The position numbers and the translations under genes are program-made. The notes beneath the pieces are model-generated. The model saw only the letters and a list, made by a program, of their open reading frames with translations, was not told the origin of the DNA and searched no databases. 64,000 nt of DNA from a virus: the IMG/VR virus record IMGVR_UViG_3300025417_000566, positions 1 to 64,000 of that record; one strand, given 5' to 3'. Shown piece after piece: positions 42,401-48,945 of the stretch. Every line of letters starts with the position of its first letter. Position 1 is the first letter of the stretch.

Positions 42401-45400
42401 CATTGTTAGAAGTGCAGACACATATAACTGGGTAGAAGTTCCAATCTTCCCTAACACATTAACAAGTTATGAGTTCTATGCAATTGCAAACGTTACATTG
42501 CCATCATTTACTGGATTAATTGCAGTGGGTAGTGGTCTACGTCCTGACGTAACGTCAGGTGTTACTGAGCAAGTAAGCACTAATGTAATATTCTATAGTA
42601 CAAACAATGGATTAAATTGGACACAAGTTAACTCATTAACACCAAATGGATTCTATGGAATTGCAGGCAACAACTCATTAATTCTTGCAGTTGGTTCAGG
42701 TGGTGTAATCTATTACAGCACTAACGGTGCAAGTTGGTTAGGTCTAAATCAAGTTCAAGTGATTTCTATCAATGCCGCAACTAACGTTATTAACGTAACT
42801 AATAGTGCTGGATTTGTATTAAATCAACCTGTGCGATTCAGTCAAGCGTTTGGTGGTCTAAGCACAAATACAACATACTATATTGTAAGTATTACCGGCG
42901 GAGCAATTAAAGTTTCATTAACACCAAGTGGTTCAGCAATTGTATTGACAAATGTAAACCCAAGTGCAGACCAAACAATGATGTTTGCGTATAATTCTGC
43001 TAACCCAAATCCAGCAACGTTGCGTGATATCATTTATGCAAATGGTATTTGGATTACAGTTGGTGATACTGGTACTATTAAGACATCTACAAATGGATTT
43101 AGTTGGACTACACAATCATCAGGTACTGTACAAAACTTACACTCAGTAACTTATAATAATACAACAAGCACATTTACAGTTGTTGGTGATAATAATACTA
43201 TTTTAGAATCTACAAACAACGGTGTGTCTTGGTCAGATATTTCTGTATTCAATGTTGCTCCTACTGTATACGATGTACAGGGTGCAGAATTCCCATATGG
43301 TTATGGTCCAGAAGAATTAGTTCCAGGTGTTGTAACAGACAGTATGGCTATGACAGTTATTACACGTCCTGGTACATTGTGGCCAGTAGTTGAATATTCA
43401 AATGCAGGTTATAATTCTGTATCATTAGAATTGACACCAACATCAGCAAGCCAAACTGTATACAGTTTTGCAAGTGCATCGCATTATCCTGCACAAGTTC
43501 GTGTGCAAGTACTTGATTCAACTACAATGTTGGGTACAACATTAGATGCAAGTGCATACACAGTTGATTGGATTAATAAGTCAATTACTCTTAACACTCC
43601 GTTGTCATACTTACCAAACACACAAAAATTAAGAATTGATGTATATGAAGTTGGTAACGGTAGTCAATTGGTTAAATCTAATACTGATACTAACCCTATT
43701 AGAAACAACACAGTAACAGGATTTGATGAGATTTACTTAGATTGTAATTACAGCCAAAACATTTACAGTGGTAGCGGTGTGATTCAACAAGGTACATACC
43801 CTATCAACACATTAGCAACTGAAACTTTTGCAGAAACTAACTATATTACATGTGCAAGTATTAGTAATTTCATATTGAACACACCTATTACATTCTTAGG
43901 TAATGTGTTCGGTGGTATTGTTGCTGGTACACAATACTATGTAAAATCAATTAGTACTGCAACAAATCAAATTACAATTTCAGCAACATACAATAGTGTA
44001 ACTGGTCAAGCAGGCCCAACCCTTGCATTGACTACTGCTACAGGTAGTATGGACGTTGCGATTGAAGTAGGTAACGGTCTTGTATGGACAGCACCAATTG
44101 TTTACTTAAACGGTACACAATTGGTAATGGGCGTAACAAACAATGTTATTGCTACAACAGCAGGAACTAATGCAATCACAACAAACTCAACAAGTGGTTT
44201 GATTGTTGGCACTCCTATTATGTTCAGTAGCACAATTTTTGGTGGTGTCATTCAACCATTGACAACATACTATATTAGTAGTATTATTGATATATATGAC
44301 ATTACAATCAGTGCAACTTTAGGCGGACCGACACTAGCATTAACTAACGCTAACGGTGGTGCAAGTTTTGTAACTAATGATTATGCGTTTGGAATTCAAC
44401 CAAATGGCATCCAAGCAAAAATGATCTTTAGTAGCAACACATATAACACAACAAATGATTATATTGTATATTCTGTATTTGGTCAAACTGAACCAGTGCA
44501 GATTGGTTATTCATTACCAACTGTACAAGAATTCATTGCAACAGGTCAAACATCATCTTATAACCTAAATAACTACTTAGGTGGAACAAATGCATACAAC
44601 GCAATTGTTGAAATTGATGGTGTAAGACAAACTATTTCTCAGTACACTATTAGTGAATTTGCTAAAACAATTAACTTTGTATCTAACCTATCAGCAGGTT
44701 CTAAGATAACTGTAACAACGTTTAATGACACACAACAGCAATACCTAACTACTCAGTATGGTATCACAGGTACCCCTGGCTCACAATTTATTGATCTAAC
44801 TGTTGGTTCAACAACTCACACTGTTGTAACATACGATCAAGGTGGCACAGCGGGCTTTGATAGTAATGGTTCTGTAAACGCTGGATCATTTGTTGTTGGA
44901 ACACAATATGAGATCACTACAGTAGGTACAACCAATTGGGTAGCAATTGGTGCAAGTTCTAATAACGTTGGTATTGTCTTTACTGCAACTGGTGTAGGAT
45001 CAGGTACTGGTGTTGCATTAGCAGTTGGCTTGTATGCAGAAAATTATAACTACTTAACATTGTCATCAGGAACAACAGCATCATTACAAGTCAATAACAG
45101 TTTGGTGTTCAGTGATGTTATTGGTGGAATTGTTGCTGGAAAAACATATTATGTTACACAGATTATTAACAGTACACAATTTGTAATTTCTGAATTAGTA
45201 GGAGGAGAACCTTTAACGTTAACAAACGCCACAGGCTCAATGTTGGCTACAGCAAATGGATTAACAGTAGCCCCAATTAGTAACATTTCAAACCAATTAA
45301 CAGCACCTCTTGCAGTTACATTTGCTAGTGCTACAACATCAGGTACTAACGCAATTACAGTAACAAGCACAAATGGATTTGTTGTTGGTAGAACTGCAAT

Positions 45401-46886
45401 ATTCCAAGGCACAGGCTTTGGTGGTATTGTAACTGACGGAACAGTATACTTTGTTGATACCGTAATTGATGATACTAATTTCACAATTATGGATCAATAT
45501 GGTAATCAAATTTCGTTGTCAAACGGAAGTGGCGACATGCAAGTCACAATTGATGGACAACCTGCAATTCGTGTAACTACAAGTATTGATAATTATTTTA
45601 ATGAAAATCAATTGGTCAACATCAATGGTACACAGGGTTCAGTACAACTCAACGGTAACACTTATTATGCAAGAATAATTACTAATACAACCTTTGACTT
45701 ATACACACAACCATATGATCCATCAATTAATGCTGTTAACTACCCAGTAACTACAGCGGCTTCTTGGACAGGTGGCGGATATGCTTGGAGATCAGGCGTG
45801 TTTGTACTGTCAACTACAACAGCAACAGCAACAACTTCAACTAATAACATTATTACTGTAGCAGACACAAGTAATTTGGTACAAGGTACTCCGATATTAT
45901 TCAATGAAATTGGATCAGTGCCCGGTGATGTAATCATGGGTGGACTAGTACAGGGAACAACTTATTATGTTGGAAGTATCTTTAACGGAACTGAATTCAA
46001 TGTAACAAGTTCACTATATGGAAGTACTGTAACGTTGACCAACGACAGTGGTAGTATGAATGTGGTACAATGGGTACAAAGCAATGTAGATCGTCTATGG
46101 GTAACTGTAAACGGCTTACGTGTACCTTCAAGTAACTTAAGTGTAAACCAATACAATGAAGTAGGTATTCTAACAGAGATTGTTCCGGGTGATGAAGTTA
46201 TCATTACTAACATGATTCCACAAGCAACACCTAATGAATTGACATACTTGAATCTAGTAAACACAGTGGGTGAGGCAGTTGTATACAGAGCCAACACACA
46301 AACTAGAACTTGGTTAACTCAACCAATCTATGATTTAAGCACAACGATTTATGTTAACGATGTGACTAGAATCACAACTACAATTACTGAAAATGCAACT
46401 GTACCTGCTGAAGTTGACGGATACTATTATGTTGGATTGAACGCTAACAAGAATAGTATTTCTAGTATCACAGTATTTGACACAACTACAAATAGTTTGA
46501 TTAATTCTAGTGAGTATGAACTTGTTATTGTAGATACTGCTCCTCAGATTAAAATCAATGGAACAGCAGTTTCAGCAGGAAATTCATTAGTTATTACTAT
46601 TTTAGAAGGTAATGTAATCTTAGTTAACGGAGAACAAATCAAGTTTACTACTGTTGATTTTGTTGCAAATTCAATTTCAGGTCTACAACGCGGGGCAAAT
46701 GGAACTGCAAGACAGCCGTTTATTCCAACTTATACTGAAGTATACGGATTATTACCAACTGGCATGTTGTCTAATAATTACTATAATCAGACTTGGAATT
46801 CATACGTTTACAATCAAACTTTGGGCGATCCACTGCAAATTAGTAACACAGTTCCTGCAGAATTCTTAAATACGGATGTTACCTAA
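27459..46886 (+). CDS. Giant 6475 aa modular baseplate/fibre structural protein (gp7 position)
   Basis: Directly follows gp6; VKPYHV motif; FG-GAP-like propeller; seven Asp-boxes; ~15 repeated beta modules; uninterrupted 19.4 kb ORF. Confidence 0.7.
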   Translation: MANTNRVRTLNFLPEIFQTTSNQQFLSATLDQLVNPPNLQRIQGYIGSKFGYGVNPNDYYVTEPTKTRREYQLDPGVVIKKTNENTAKDFITYPGILDALNLQNGVTNNNNRLFNSQFYSWDSFTNLDKIINFNQYYWLPFGPPSVTVASQTVYSTEQYVVTSLDNGYNIRIASAETGEINPTLTLLRGGTYTFLVDQDTQFWIQGQPGVTGYSPTQTNLYTRNVYGVENNGATQGYVTFTVPAADAQNEYQFPASGVNLDLVCTTPFSQINGQLLSTIGAIDGVTSLQGLQIMFYNTGIPNETGYVQTYYSETSYDTNDNTLVQPLTISVNQTAANVFTLASGTNASLNVNDTITFNNPTFGGVTAGSVYFINGLVGTTGFTISATLGGSILTLTNATGLMTANTNQGLLEEGYYTTVANNFYTVEYVGDPANPVIRLIPSGVIPTNQTITPAFGVQYNNLPFYRNTVGTIAEVPYISAPLNTLYYQDGTNADSVGVIKLIESNLSNTINVTTDILGQKTFTSTNGVVFTNGLKVSFDGDVIPTSYLSGEYYVEGVGTAIELIPVNSLICPEGFTEAVYNPYDSTNYDIGNWDLTDFVPVLPDYITIARNSINKNAWSRSNRWFHIDVINATASYNNDPTILTIYASATAKAQRPIIEFYPNLQLFNSGIIGKQAVDFFDTRTTDALTQVADQQNYYPDIQVYSTYTATVAGVTNATSTTITINASAVTGTLQQYQYITDSTNLLPRNSQIQSIALNNGVYTLNVSWQNATTFNTTTVASIVASDTTVNNYALFSGARVIFSADPTVSNTIFVVNLSTLTTGSTPVITMTPAEDSPCLTNEQVAVLRGYYHQGESYYYTGTSWDLAQEKTNVNQAPYFDMFDSNGVSFGDPSVYHSTTFTGTTLFQYGVGIGSIDTVLGFPISYSSIDNQGDIQFDVTLNSDTFNYVNGATPITENINTGYVYNYTVDRTLFRQLGWQTAVAPSVQYQYFEIPYSPATTTYTCDIAALTGTAATDAVWPVVQVYIDNVYQSPTSYTYTVGTNSTTIVLPQQPSTATLVQILLLSNQVSTTGYYQIPINLSNNPLNTNITVANVGDIRNQYQSIFYNNPNTTGQVFGPNNYRDLGDIVPYGTAIIQNSASLVLPGALLRVPDHNLFNALLYNSREYVNYKQLIVSTVSNTNFTQTYNPAQILDIALAQITQSKSPNQSFFWSDMIPSQAPYRSNIYTFNNALDTSIYPLSQVYNFETANYNGVLVYRTTKINDYQTVTEQLIKGQDYTVSTTAPSLEVTIELNAGDTITINEYNQTYGSYAPNTPTKLGLYPAFVPEVVLDSDYYTPTYFIKGHDGSFTKLYGEYINGVLQDYRDQALLEFETRVYNNLKLSNTIPIQAYDLIPGYFRQGTQQYSNQEWLEMYSTNFLNWIGQNRLNYKTQYYNTNDPFSYNYTNSGNKLDSTPIQQGYWRGVYQYFYDTTTPNETPWEMLYYPNQPSWWTERYGPAPYTSDNLVLWNDIANGVRWEDGVPVTVPELARPGLLNILPVDSAGNLVSPFVSIVGNYNPNTFQKDWVVGDDGPTELSYRRSSTWPFDFMRLQALMKPAEFFNLGVWVDNYKYNAEFNQYLVNDRSHLVPNEIPVYGSGTAVTSYLNWIVDFEKQQGIDATTNLTTLFNNLDVRLVYRLAGFSDQNQLAFYVEKASPNTTSSSLLIPNESYNILLYDNQPFDRIPYSSVVVQQNDGYYTVFGNAQQFAYFTVLNPVYDGQTYAIDIQSAKVKVAKNYSTKETIVPYGTSFYSTQELAQFLTSYGAWLQDRGMIFQDIQNGLEVTWNQMVAEFLYWSQTGWGTGSVITLNPAATLLTIDKVDCVVQPLTIQDQNFVLNQNLYPIQLKDMCIERNDTQFTLHALNQGDAFSYAQFDLGNFEHGIVFDNTTQFNDTIYNLVTGLRQIRINVRGAKTADWNGTVNAWGFILNQDNVQEWSPNLKYTKGQIVLYKNKYWVAQRVIEPTATFNQQNWKETNYNAVQIGMLPNPSTRSFESALYYNTNVSNLSQDANLLSYSLIGYRPRDYLATADLTDVTQINVYQNLIKNKGTRNAVNAFQGVTLPQGGISYNVYENWAILQGEFGGVANNNFVQFRINQANMTGDPSIFSLTNGVYTPGSMQEIPIYSLYNYKHNIDNPNILLTTNDAEPSTTNIYPDAGYVNFNDVKMSSYFYSGLPRATDITGQIVPIQNFYVRDYVWLANFLNTWNVYSLKPIGQVIQVRNNLNKTATITFAEPHGLSKLQPLAIVNFANNVDGYYIVTQVVNLNEVIINLNVATANQNTLTGQGIGLIFETQRAATPSEIGLLDLTEADFITNTVWVDENTDGNWAVYQKTINYQYNQQLEKPYATNFGTAVSYSPEMGYLVSDAPQGNVYRYVYDPLSSQSTGQPVYDISQTLTGGTSFGTTIVHQNNIYAISEPTSGTPKVYIYALNDSTVSTAAILYQTIAAPGGVTNWGSALAMSGDNNWLYISDIANNNVYVYRREQVLLNAGYFVTGQTYTIQSIGTTDFTAIGAVANDVGITFVATGAGTGTGTALQVTYAQSTVISGSSTAGSVSGDNFSASLSTDYYGQTLFVGAPDVNYSSTIENWGSAYAYQRTVQNVEAQQTSVAGQIQSFTLGWTPTAGATRTASATNGSTNYITCNAAMTGFAVNQAVVFNGSNFANCGIKPNVVYYIAGISGSTISIKTSRSSTTPVQLTTASGLSFGVYVQVDPLYVTVNGTLVQDNNYGVIGNQFVYSGALQAGDIINISDNQYTLVQNFNSQFNDRTGIHYGYAMDMNTFGTEVLVGSPFEINDTTGEEGATYRYTNVGAKYGVIIGTSVCNLLSSQYLFINGYLLFLTAGDATSIANQINSSKITNVQASVTTDGMLVIQVIDSEIAQPNNQLSISVVNEDVLDQLGLDVFVNTQVLVSPYAVGPTEFGTAIKFNESGSVVISAPVGTRYEFTSFDFTDNGTPDLDTVFDNNATRFVDSYPNAGAVYMYDYLGNYNENVANPGQFVFAQSVNSQNTSYGFNPLYGASLDFNNNTVVVGSPDFLPGVSDGQVVIYDNSVGTQDWGIYRQSAPIVDINSISNSQLFSATSNNTLVNLDYIDPLQGKILGSVRQNLDFVTNTDPARYNSDLASQTGYVWGANEVGKTWFNTNNVRFVNYHQNDVVYNSKYWGQVFPGSDVAVYTWVASNVPPQNYQGPGTPLDITLYAISSTLNASSVVVPIYYFWVRNTNLIFSETGKTLSDTILAQYIANPRGSGISFMAPVLPNTFAVYNSLSYFNGTDTVFNIAYSSNQDSGSDIYHQQFALIKENYAEDFLPGFPQYAYISSALSEPNGLYLRFINSLAGCDDAGGVVPDPYLPIQVQSGVQVRPRQSFFLDRFLALKNYLTFANEVLAQYPIVELRENLDFLYTVGDINPGTGLPYYDTTNYWEFVNWWAPGYSDNTRSVLQVPLYADLATLNVSAGTIVTVAQNGAGKFEVYITDGLGNWTRIGLQQGTIQFSSALWDYSSAGLGWDGNFFDTNVFDLYPSEETRYIVRALNEQIYTADLLIYRNQSLILLFQYIQSETTSSQNFLPWLNKTSLVDVDHKIRELLPLEVYQGDNEVFLEGYLNEVKPYHVTIKQFSFSYTGNDVFEGNITDFDLPAQWNNTYQEFISPELVYTLPNNEYEYLPSSSIWQTEAYNQWYQNYGVSLTGQDNYNITTLVSYLTPSSKYIIVDNANGFPINGTITIDGEQIGYSSVDRALNQLSGLVRGYNSTVVTNHIPGAKIYIDLPAVLLLSGGNGYSNPPRVTAVIDETLYPAPRTPAVLEAVMNLDSVLEINVIIPGSGYPVLPTIVIEPSSTIYFANTQVNSVLHTITVYAPDLVTGSQVQYFNDTSTNNGVGELADGQWYYINVLETTPTAVVALYVTYSDAINDANRIPIFNNGTGSAFSLNLGARASAISTAYPVRENSIRMKFDRTTYNSQVQDWQSSAYYGAFFAGSYRNNEDFSSSDVSLESTTPPIQYITAASGGGVVFEISDVTNDQQVEWSSFVRYVGATVASNNSIKLIPQDGNNDPNNPQPNASGTTVGFYVGMPIQFNGVGIGGLVGSTTSTPVIYYVHSIIDELYFTVSLSVGGPIVTLTYATVGAAGLECLTASVTNTAVLTVNYPGIITVTNTTAVTNVFTAPVSAIGTGGTNGFYVGIPLFFTEGLIGGVVLNQVYYVSTIIDEENFTISSSPTPLSTTVLSTASSTNIVTVYTTEGMKVNDPLIFNNMVISGSSVTDFGNIISGVTYYIKEIINSTEITISQYVNSTVFPLTTVAASSTTSALVTDQSSSTQLTTGLGAMIMNVNLPISPGQINGQLFNLYETSGQYPNIGTGVISELIGNTVNATIQTVNYVAFSNQQPTQFMYANMPVRFNTSIGGLSTNTTYYIKSLGVISVNCTTTSSSTNQITCNSTSTLYVGMPIKFSGVSLGGITIGQTYFVKSIVDSTHFTISATSGGSTLVLFTSNGEMVGTGDPYMVVSATLGGSAVSLTSSTARSSFVQYPTANPTFDISYAVGGYIAIINSAASGFAVNNVITIYGSYVGGTTPTNNVTLTVNTIGTDGQITGVIASGTVPASSSSYYLKVVSPNQLAVYSNPLLTVPVSGLDIPYVGFTVETVTGVNSSTNALTIADTTQFSQYDAVVFTGNTSIAQTNIVPNQTYYIYQILSPTTFTISTAPGDGSTVVTMVTTIAVNFTMAKAGSFAVLPQPFYFNQSIVKYNNRIYQCIISNNDSEFIFGKWQLLDSDSNLLNAMDRVIGYYQPTANMPGVDLTQLFEGVTYPNSTYYGNQFAPANQYPVDTILQDQPFYPTEVDITSVIWNGATYLATSNLPTYSAVLISPDGINWSIDTLANINVDITDILYAGGFYVITTTNSATPIYRSNDGINWTTNGYYTPYSDQPYDTTEYDSTSINVAQLALQAVTYSNGYYIAVGDNIVRSADTYNWVEVPIFPNTLTSYEFYAIANVTLPSFTGLIAVGSGLRPDVTSGVTEQVSTNVIFYSTNNGLNWTQVNSLTPNGFYGIAGNNSLILAVGSGGVIYYSTNGASWLGLNQVQVISINAATNVINVTNSAGFVLNQPVRFSQAFGGLSTNTTYYIVSITGGAIKVSLTPSGSAIVLTNVNPSADQTMMFAYNSANPNPATLRDIIYANGIWITVGDTGTIKTSTNGFSWTTQSSGTVQNLHSVTYNNTTSTFTVVGDNNTILESTNNGVSWSDISVFNVAPTVYDVQGAEFPYGYGPEELVPGVVTDSMAMTVITRPGTLWPVVEYSNAGYNSVSLELTPTSASQTVYSFASASHYPAQVRVQVLDSTTMLGTTLDASAYTVDWINKSITLNTPLSYLPNTQKLRIDVYEVGNGSQLVKSNTDTNPIRNNTVTGFDEIYLDCNYSQNIYSGSGVIQQGTYPINTLATETFAETNYITCASISNFILNTPITFLGNVFGGIVAGTQYYVKSISTATNQITISATYNSVTGQAGPTLALTTATGSMDVAIEVGNGLVWTAPIVYLNGTQLVMGVTNNVIATTAGTNAITTNSTSGLIVGTPIMFSSTIFGGVIQPLTTYYISSIIDIYDITISATLGGPTLALTNANGGASFVTNDYAFGIQPNGIQAKMIFSSNTYNTTNDYIVYSVFGQTEPVQIGYSLPTVQEFIATGQTSSYNLNNYLGGTNAYNAIVEIDGVRQTISQYTISEFAKTINFVSNLSAGSKITVTTFNDTQQQYLTTQYGITGTPGSQFIDLTVGSTTHTVVTYDQGGTAGFDSNGSVNAGSFVVGTQYEITTVGTTNWVAIGASSNNVGIVFTATGVGSGTGVALAVGLYAENYNYLTLSSGTTASLQVNNSLVFSDVIGGIVAGKTYYVTQIINSTQFVISELVGGEPLTLTNATGSMLATANGLTVAPISNISNQLTAPLAVTFASATTSGTNAITVTSTNGFVVGRTAIFQGTGFGGIVTDGTVYFVDTVIDDTNFTIMDQYGNQISLSNGSGDMQVTIDGQPAIRVTTSIDNYFNENQLVNINGTQGSVQLNGNTYYARIITNTTFDLYTQPYDPSINAVNYPVTTAASWTGGGYAWRSGVFVLSTTTATATTSTNNIITVADTSNLVQGTPILFNEIGSVPGDVIMGGLVQGTTYYVGSIFNGTEFNVTSSLYGSTVTLTNDSGSMNVVQWVQSNVDRLWVTVNGLRVPSSNLSVNQYNEVGILTEIVPGDEVIITNMIPQATPNELTYLNLVNTVGEAVVYRANTQTRTWLTQPIYDLSTTIYVNDVTRITTTITENATVPAEVDGYYYVGLNANKNSISSITVFDTTTNSLINSSEYELVIVDTAPQIKINGTAVSAGNSLVITILEGNVILVNGEQIKFTTVDFVANSISGLQRGANGTARQPFIPTYTEVYGLLPTGMLSNNYYNQTWNSYVYNQTLGDPLQISNTVPAEFLNTDVT

Positions 46887-46888
46887 AT

Positions 46889-46896
46889 GATAAATA
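46889..46896 (+). promoter_or_regulatory. Late promoter (GATAAATA), 5 nt before ATG
   Basis: Reads GATAAATA-aagaa-ATG. Confidence 0.7.
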
Positions 46897-46901
46897 AAGA
46901 A

Positions 46902-47057
46902 ATGAACAATATTAAATCAAAAAGTCAAGGAAATCAGGGTAAAAAACAACCTCCTACCAAACCTAACGAGCATGGTGGGTTCTACTTTTCCTCTAGTGTA
47001 AAGATTTTTGATCCAAATAGTAAACAAGTTTTGGTACAGAAAAGAGGGGATGCTTAA
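46902..47057 (+). CDS. 51 aa hypothetical protein, missing from the ORF track
   Basis: MNNIKSKSQGNQGKKQPPTKPNEHGGFYFSSSVKIFDPNSKQVLVQKRGDA; fills the gap exactly, has its own promoter and a TAATG overlap with the next gene. Confidence 0.75.
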   Translation: MNNIKSKSQGNQGKKQPPTKPNEHGGFYFSSSVKIFDPNSKQVLVQKRGDA

Positions 47058-47677
47058 TGTCGGTTATTAATTTATCCTTGAAAGTTGAGGGATTCTTGAA
47101 AATCTACGACCCCAATTCAGGTGAAATTTTCGTAGATAAAAAGAATGCAATCAATTATGAAAACATGTCAGAAGCCATTGCTGATACACTAAGTGATCGT
47201 GGGTATGGAGAAATCTTCCAAATGGCGTTTGGTAACGGTGCGGCTTCAGTATCAGATACTGGAGTTATTACGTATTTGCCACCAAACGTAACTGGACAGA
47301 ATGCGGCATTGTATAATCAAACATATGCTAAGATCGTAGATGATACTAACGTACTTAATTTGGATCCTACACGCAATAATATGACAGTTTACCATACTTC
47401 TGGTAACGTTTATACTGACATTTTGGTTCAATGTCTACTAGATTACGGTGAGCCTGCAGGTCAGGCCGCGTTCGATAACAGTACGCAGACGGATTCTAGT
47501 TACATTTTTGATGAATTAGGCTTATTGGCCAACTACGGAACAGATGCTAACGGTAATACAATTACAAGACTATTGACACACGTGATTTTTCACCCTGTTC
47601 AAAAGTCATTGAACAGACAAATTCAAATTGATTATACGGTTAGAATACAAGCGTTAACCAACTTGGTAACAATATAA
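47057..47677 (+). CDS. Putative baseplate / fibre-attachment structural protein
   Basis: KKNAI, MAFGNG, FDELGL and HVIFHPVQKS motifs; position after the giant wedge gene. Confidence 0.55.
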   Translation: MSVINLSLKVEGFLKIYDPNSGEIFVDKKNAINYENMSEAIADTLSDRGYGEIFQMAFGNGAASVSDTGVITYLPPNVTGQNAALYNQTYAKIVDDTNVLNLDPTRNNMTVYHTSGNVYTDILVQCLLDYGEPAGQAAFDNSTQTDSSYIFDELGLLANYGTDANGNTITRLLTHVIFHPVQKSLNRQIQIDYTVRIQALTNLVTI

Positions 47678-47685
47678 GATAAATA
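47678..47685 (+). promoter_or_regulatory. Late promoter (GATAAATA)
   Basis: Intergenic, followed by GGAG SD. Confidence 0.7.
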
Positions 47686-47706
47686 AAGATAACGGAGTGA
47701 TAGATT

Positions 47707-48936
47707 ATGGCATATACAATTGTTAAAAGTAATGGTACAGTACTAACAACCATTGCTGACGGTACTATTAATACAACTAGTACCTCTCTAGGGTTACCAG
47801 GTAGAAATTATCCTGGTTACGGTCAACCAATGGACGAAAACTTTGTTTGGCTTACTGAGAATTTTGCAAATGCAACTCCTCCAGCAAATCCATTGACAGG
47901 TCAACTTTGGTATAATACAAATAACCAAACAATGTATATCTGTCCAACAGATGGACAGTCAAATGCCGCAGCCTGGTTATCATTAACGGCAACTAGTTCA
48001 GGTGGCGCAACAACATTTGGTGCTGTTACTGTTACAGGAAACTTAGCAGCCGGAAATCTATCAGCAGTAAGCAATCTATCAGCAAATGCTACTACAACAG
48101 CATTCTTAACCGTATCAGCAAACGCAAATATCGCTAATGCTAACATCACTCAAGCAAGCATTGGAACATTAACTACATCAAATATCACAACAGGTAGCGC
48201 CACAACCGGCGGAAACTTAACTGGTGTTTGGACTGTTACTGGTTCAGCAGGTGGAAACAACGCTGTAGCATTTAACTTTATTCAAGGTGGTATTGCTATT
48301 AGTAACTCAGCCGGCGCCAATCTATATGGTATTGCTACTGACAAGTACATGTATGCTAATGGTACCCCAGTAAGTTTTGCAGGTACATATAGTAACAGCA
48401 ACGTGGCTGCATATATGCCAACATACGCTGGTAACGGTTTATTTACACAAGTACAATGTAATGTGTTCACAACAGGTGCAAACACAACAGCAGGAACTAT
48501 CACAGGTAACTGGACATTGACAACAGGATCAAGATTACAAGCAACATACGCTGACTTGGCAGAACGCTTTGAGGCAGACGATGTTTACGACCCGGGTACA
48601 GTTGTACAATTGGGCGGTGAAGCAGAAATTACTGCCGTAGAATACGAATTAAGTGAAGACGTATTTGGTGTTATCAGTAACACAGCGGCTTATTTGATGA
48701 ACGCAGGGGCAGGTAGTGATGCTACTCACCCACCAGTAGCAGTTTCGGGTCGTGTTGAAGTTAAAGTAACAGGTAAAGTTACAAAAGGACAACGTTTAGT
48801 TAGTGCTGGTAACGGTATAGCACGTGCGGCTCAACCAAATGAAGCAACAGCATTTAATGTCATTGGCCGCGCATTAGCAAACAAAACAGACGATGGTTTA
48901 GGCACAGTTGAAGCCATTGTTTCGATTACGAAATAA
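47707..48936 (+). CDS. Short fibre / baseplate protein with C-terminal intramolecular-chaperone-like domain
   Basis: N-terminal GRNYPGYG...ENFA...GQLWY; C-terminal YADLAERFEAD...PGTVV...GRVEVKV. Confidence 0.65.
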   Translation: MAYTIVKSNGTVLTTIADGTINTTSTSLGLPGRNYPGYGQPMDENFVWLTENFANATPPANPLTGQLWYNTNNQTMYICPTDGQSNAAAWLSLTATSSGGATTFGAVTVTGNLAAGNLSAVSNLSANATTTAFLTVSANANIANANITQASIGTLTTSNITTGSATTGGNLTGVWTVTGSAGGNNAVAFNFIQGGIAISNSAGANLYGIATDKYMYANGTPVSFAGTYSNSNVAAYMPTYAGNGLFTQVQCNVFTTGANTTAGTITGNWTLTTGSRLQATYADLAERFEADDVYDPGTVVQLGGEAEITAVEYELSEDVFGVISNTAAYLMNAGAGSDATHPPVAVSGRVEVKVTGKVTKGQRLVSAGNGIARAAQPNEATAFNVIGRALANKTDDGLGTVEAIVSITK

Positions 48937-48945
48937 GGATAAGAA

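Noticed and set aside
21700-46869. Numerous 60-111 aa ORFs nested in or antisense to the baseplate genes
   Set aside because: Expected shadows of biased Thr/Ser/Gly/Val codons; no independent expression signals.
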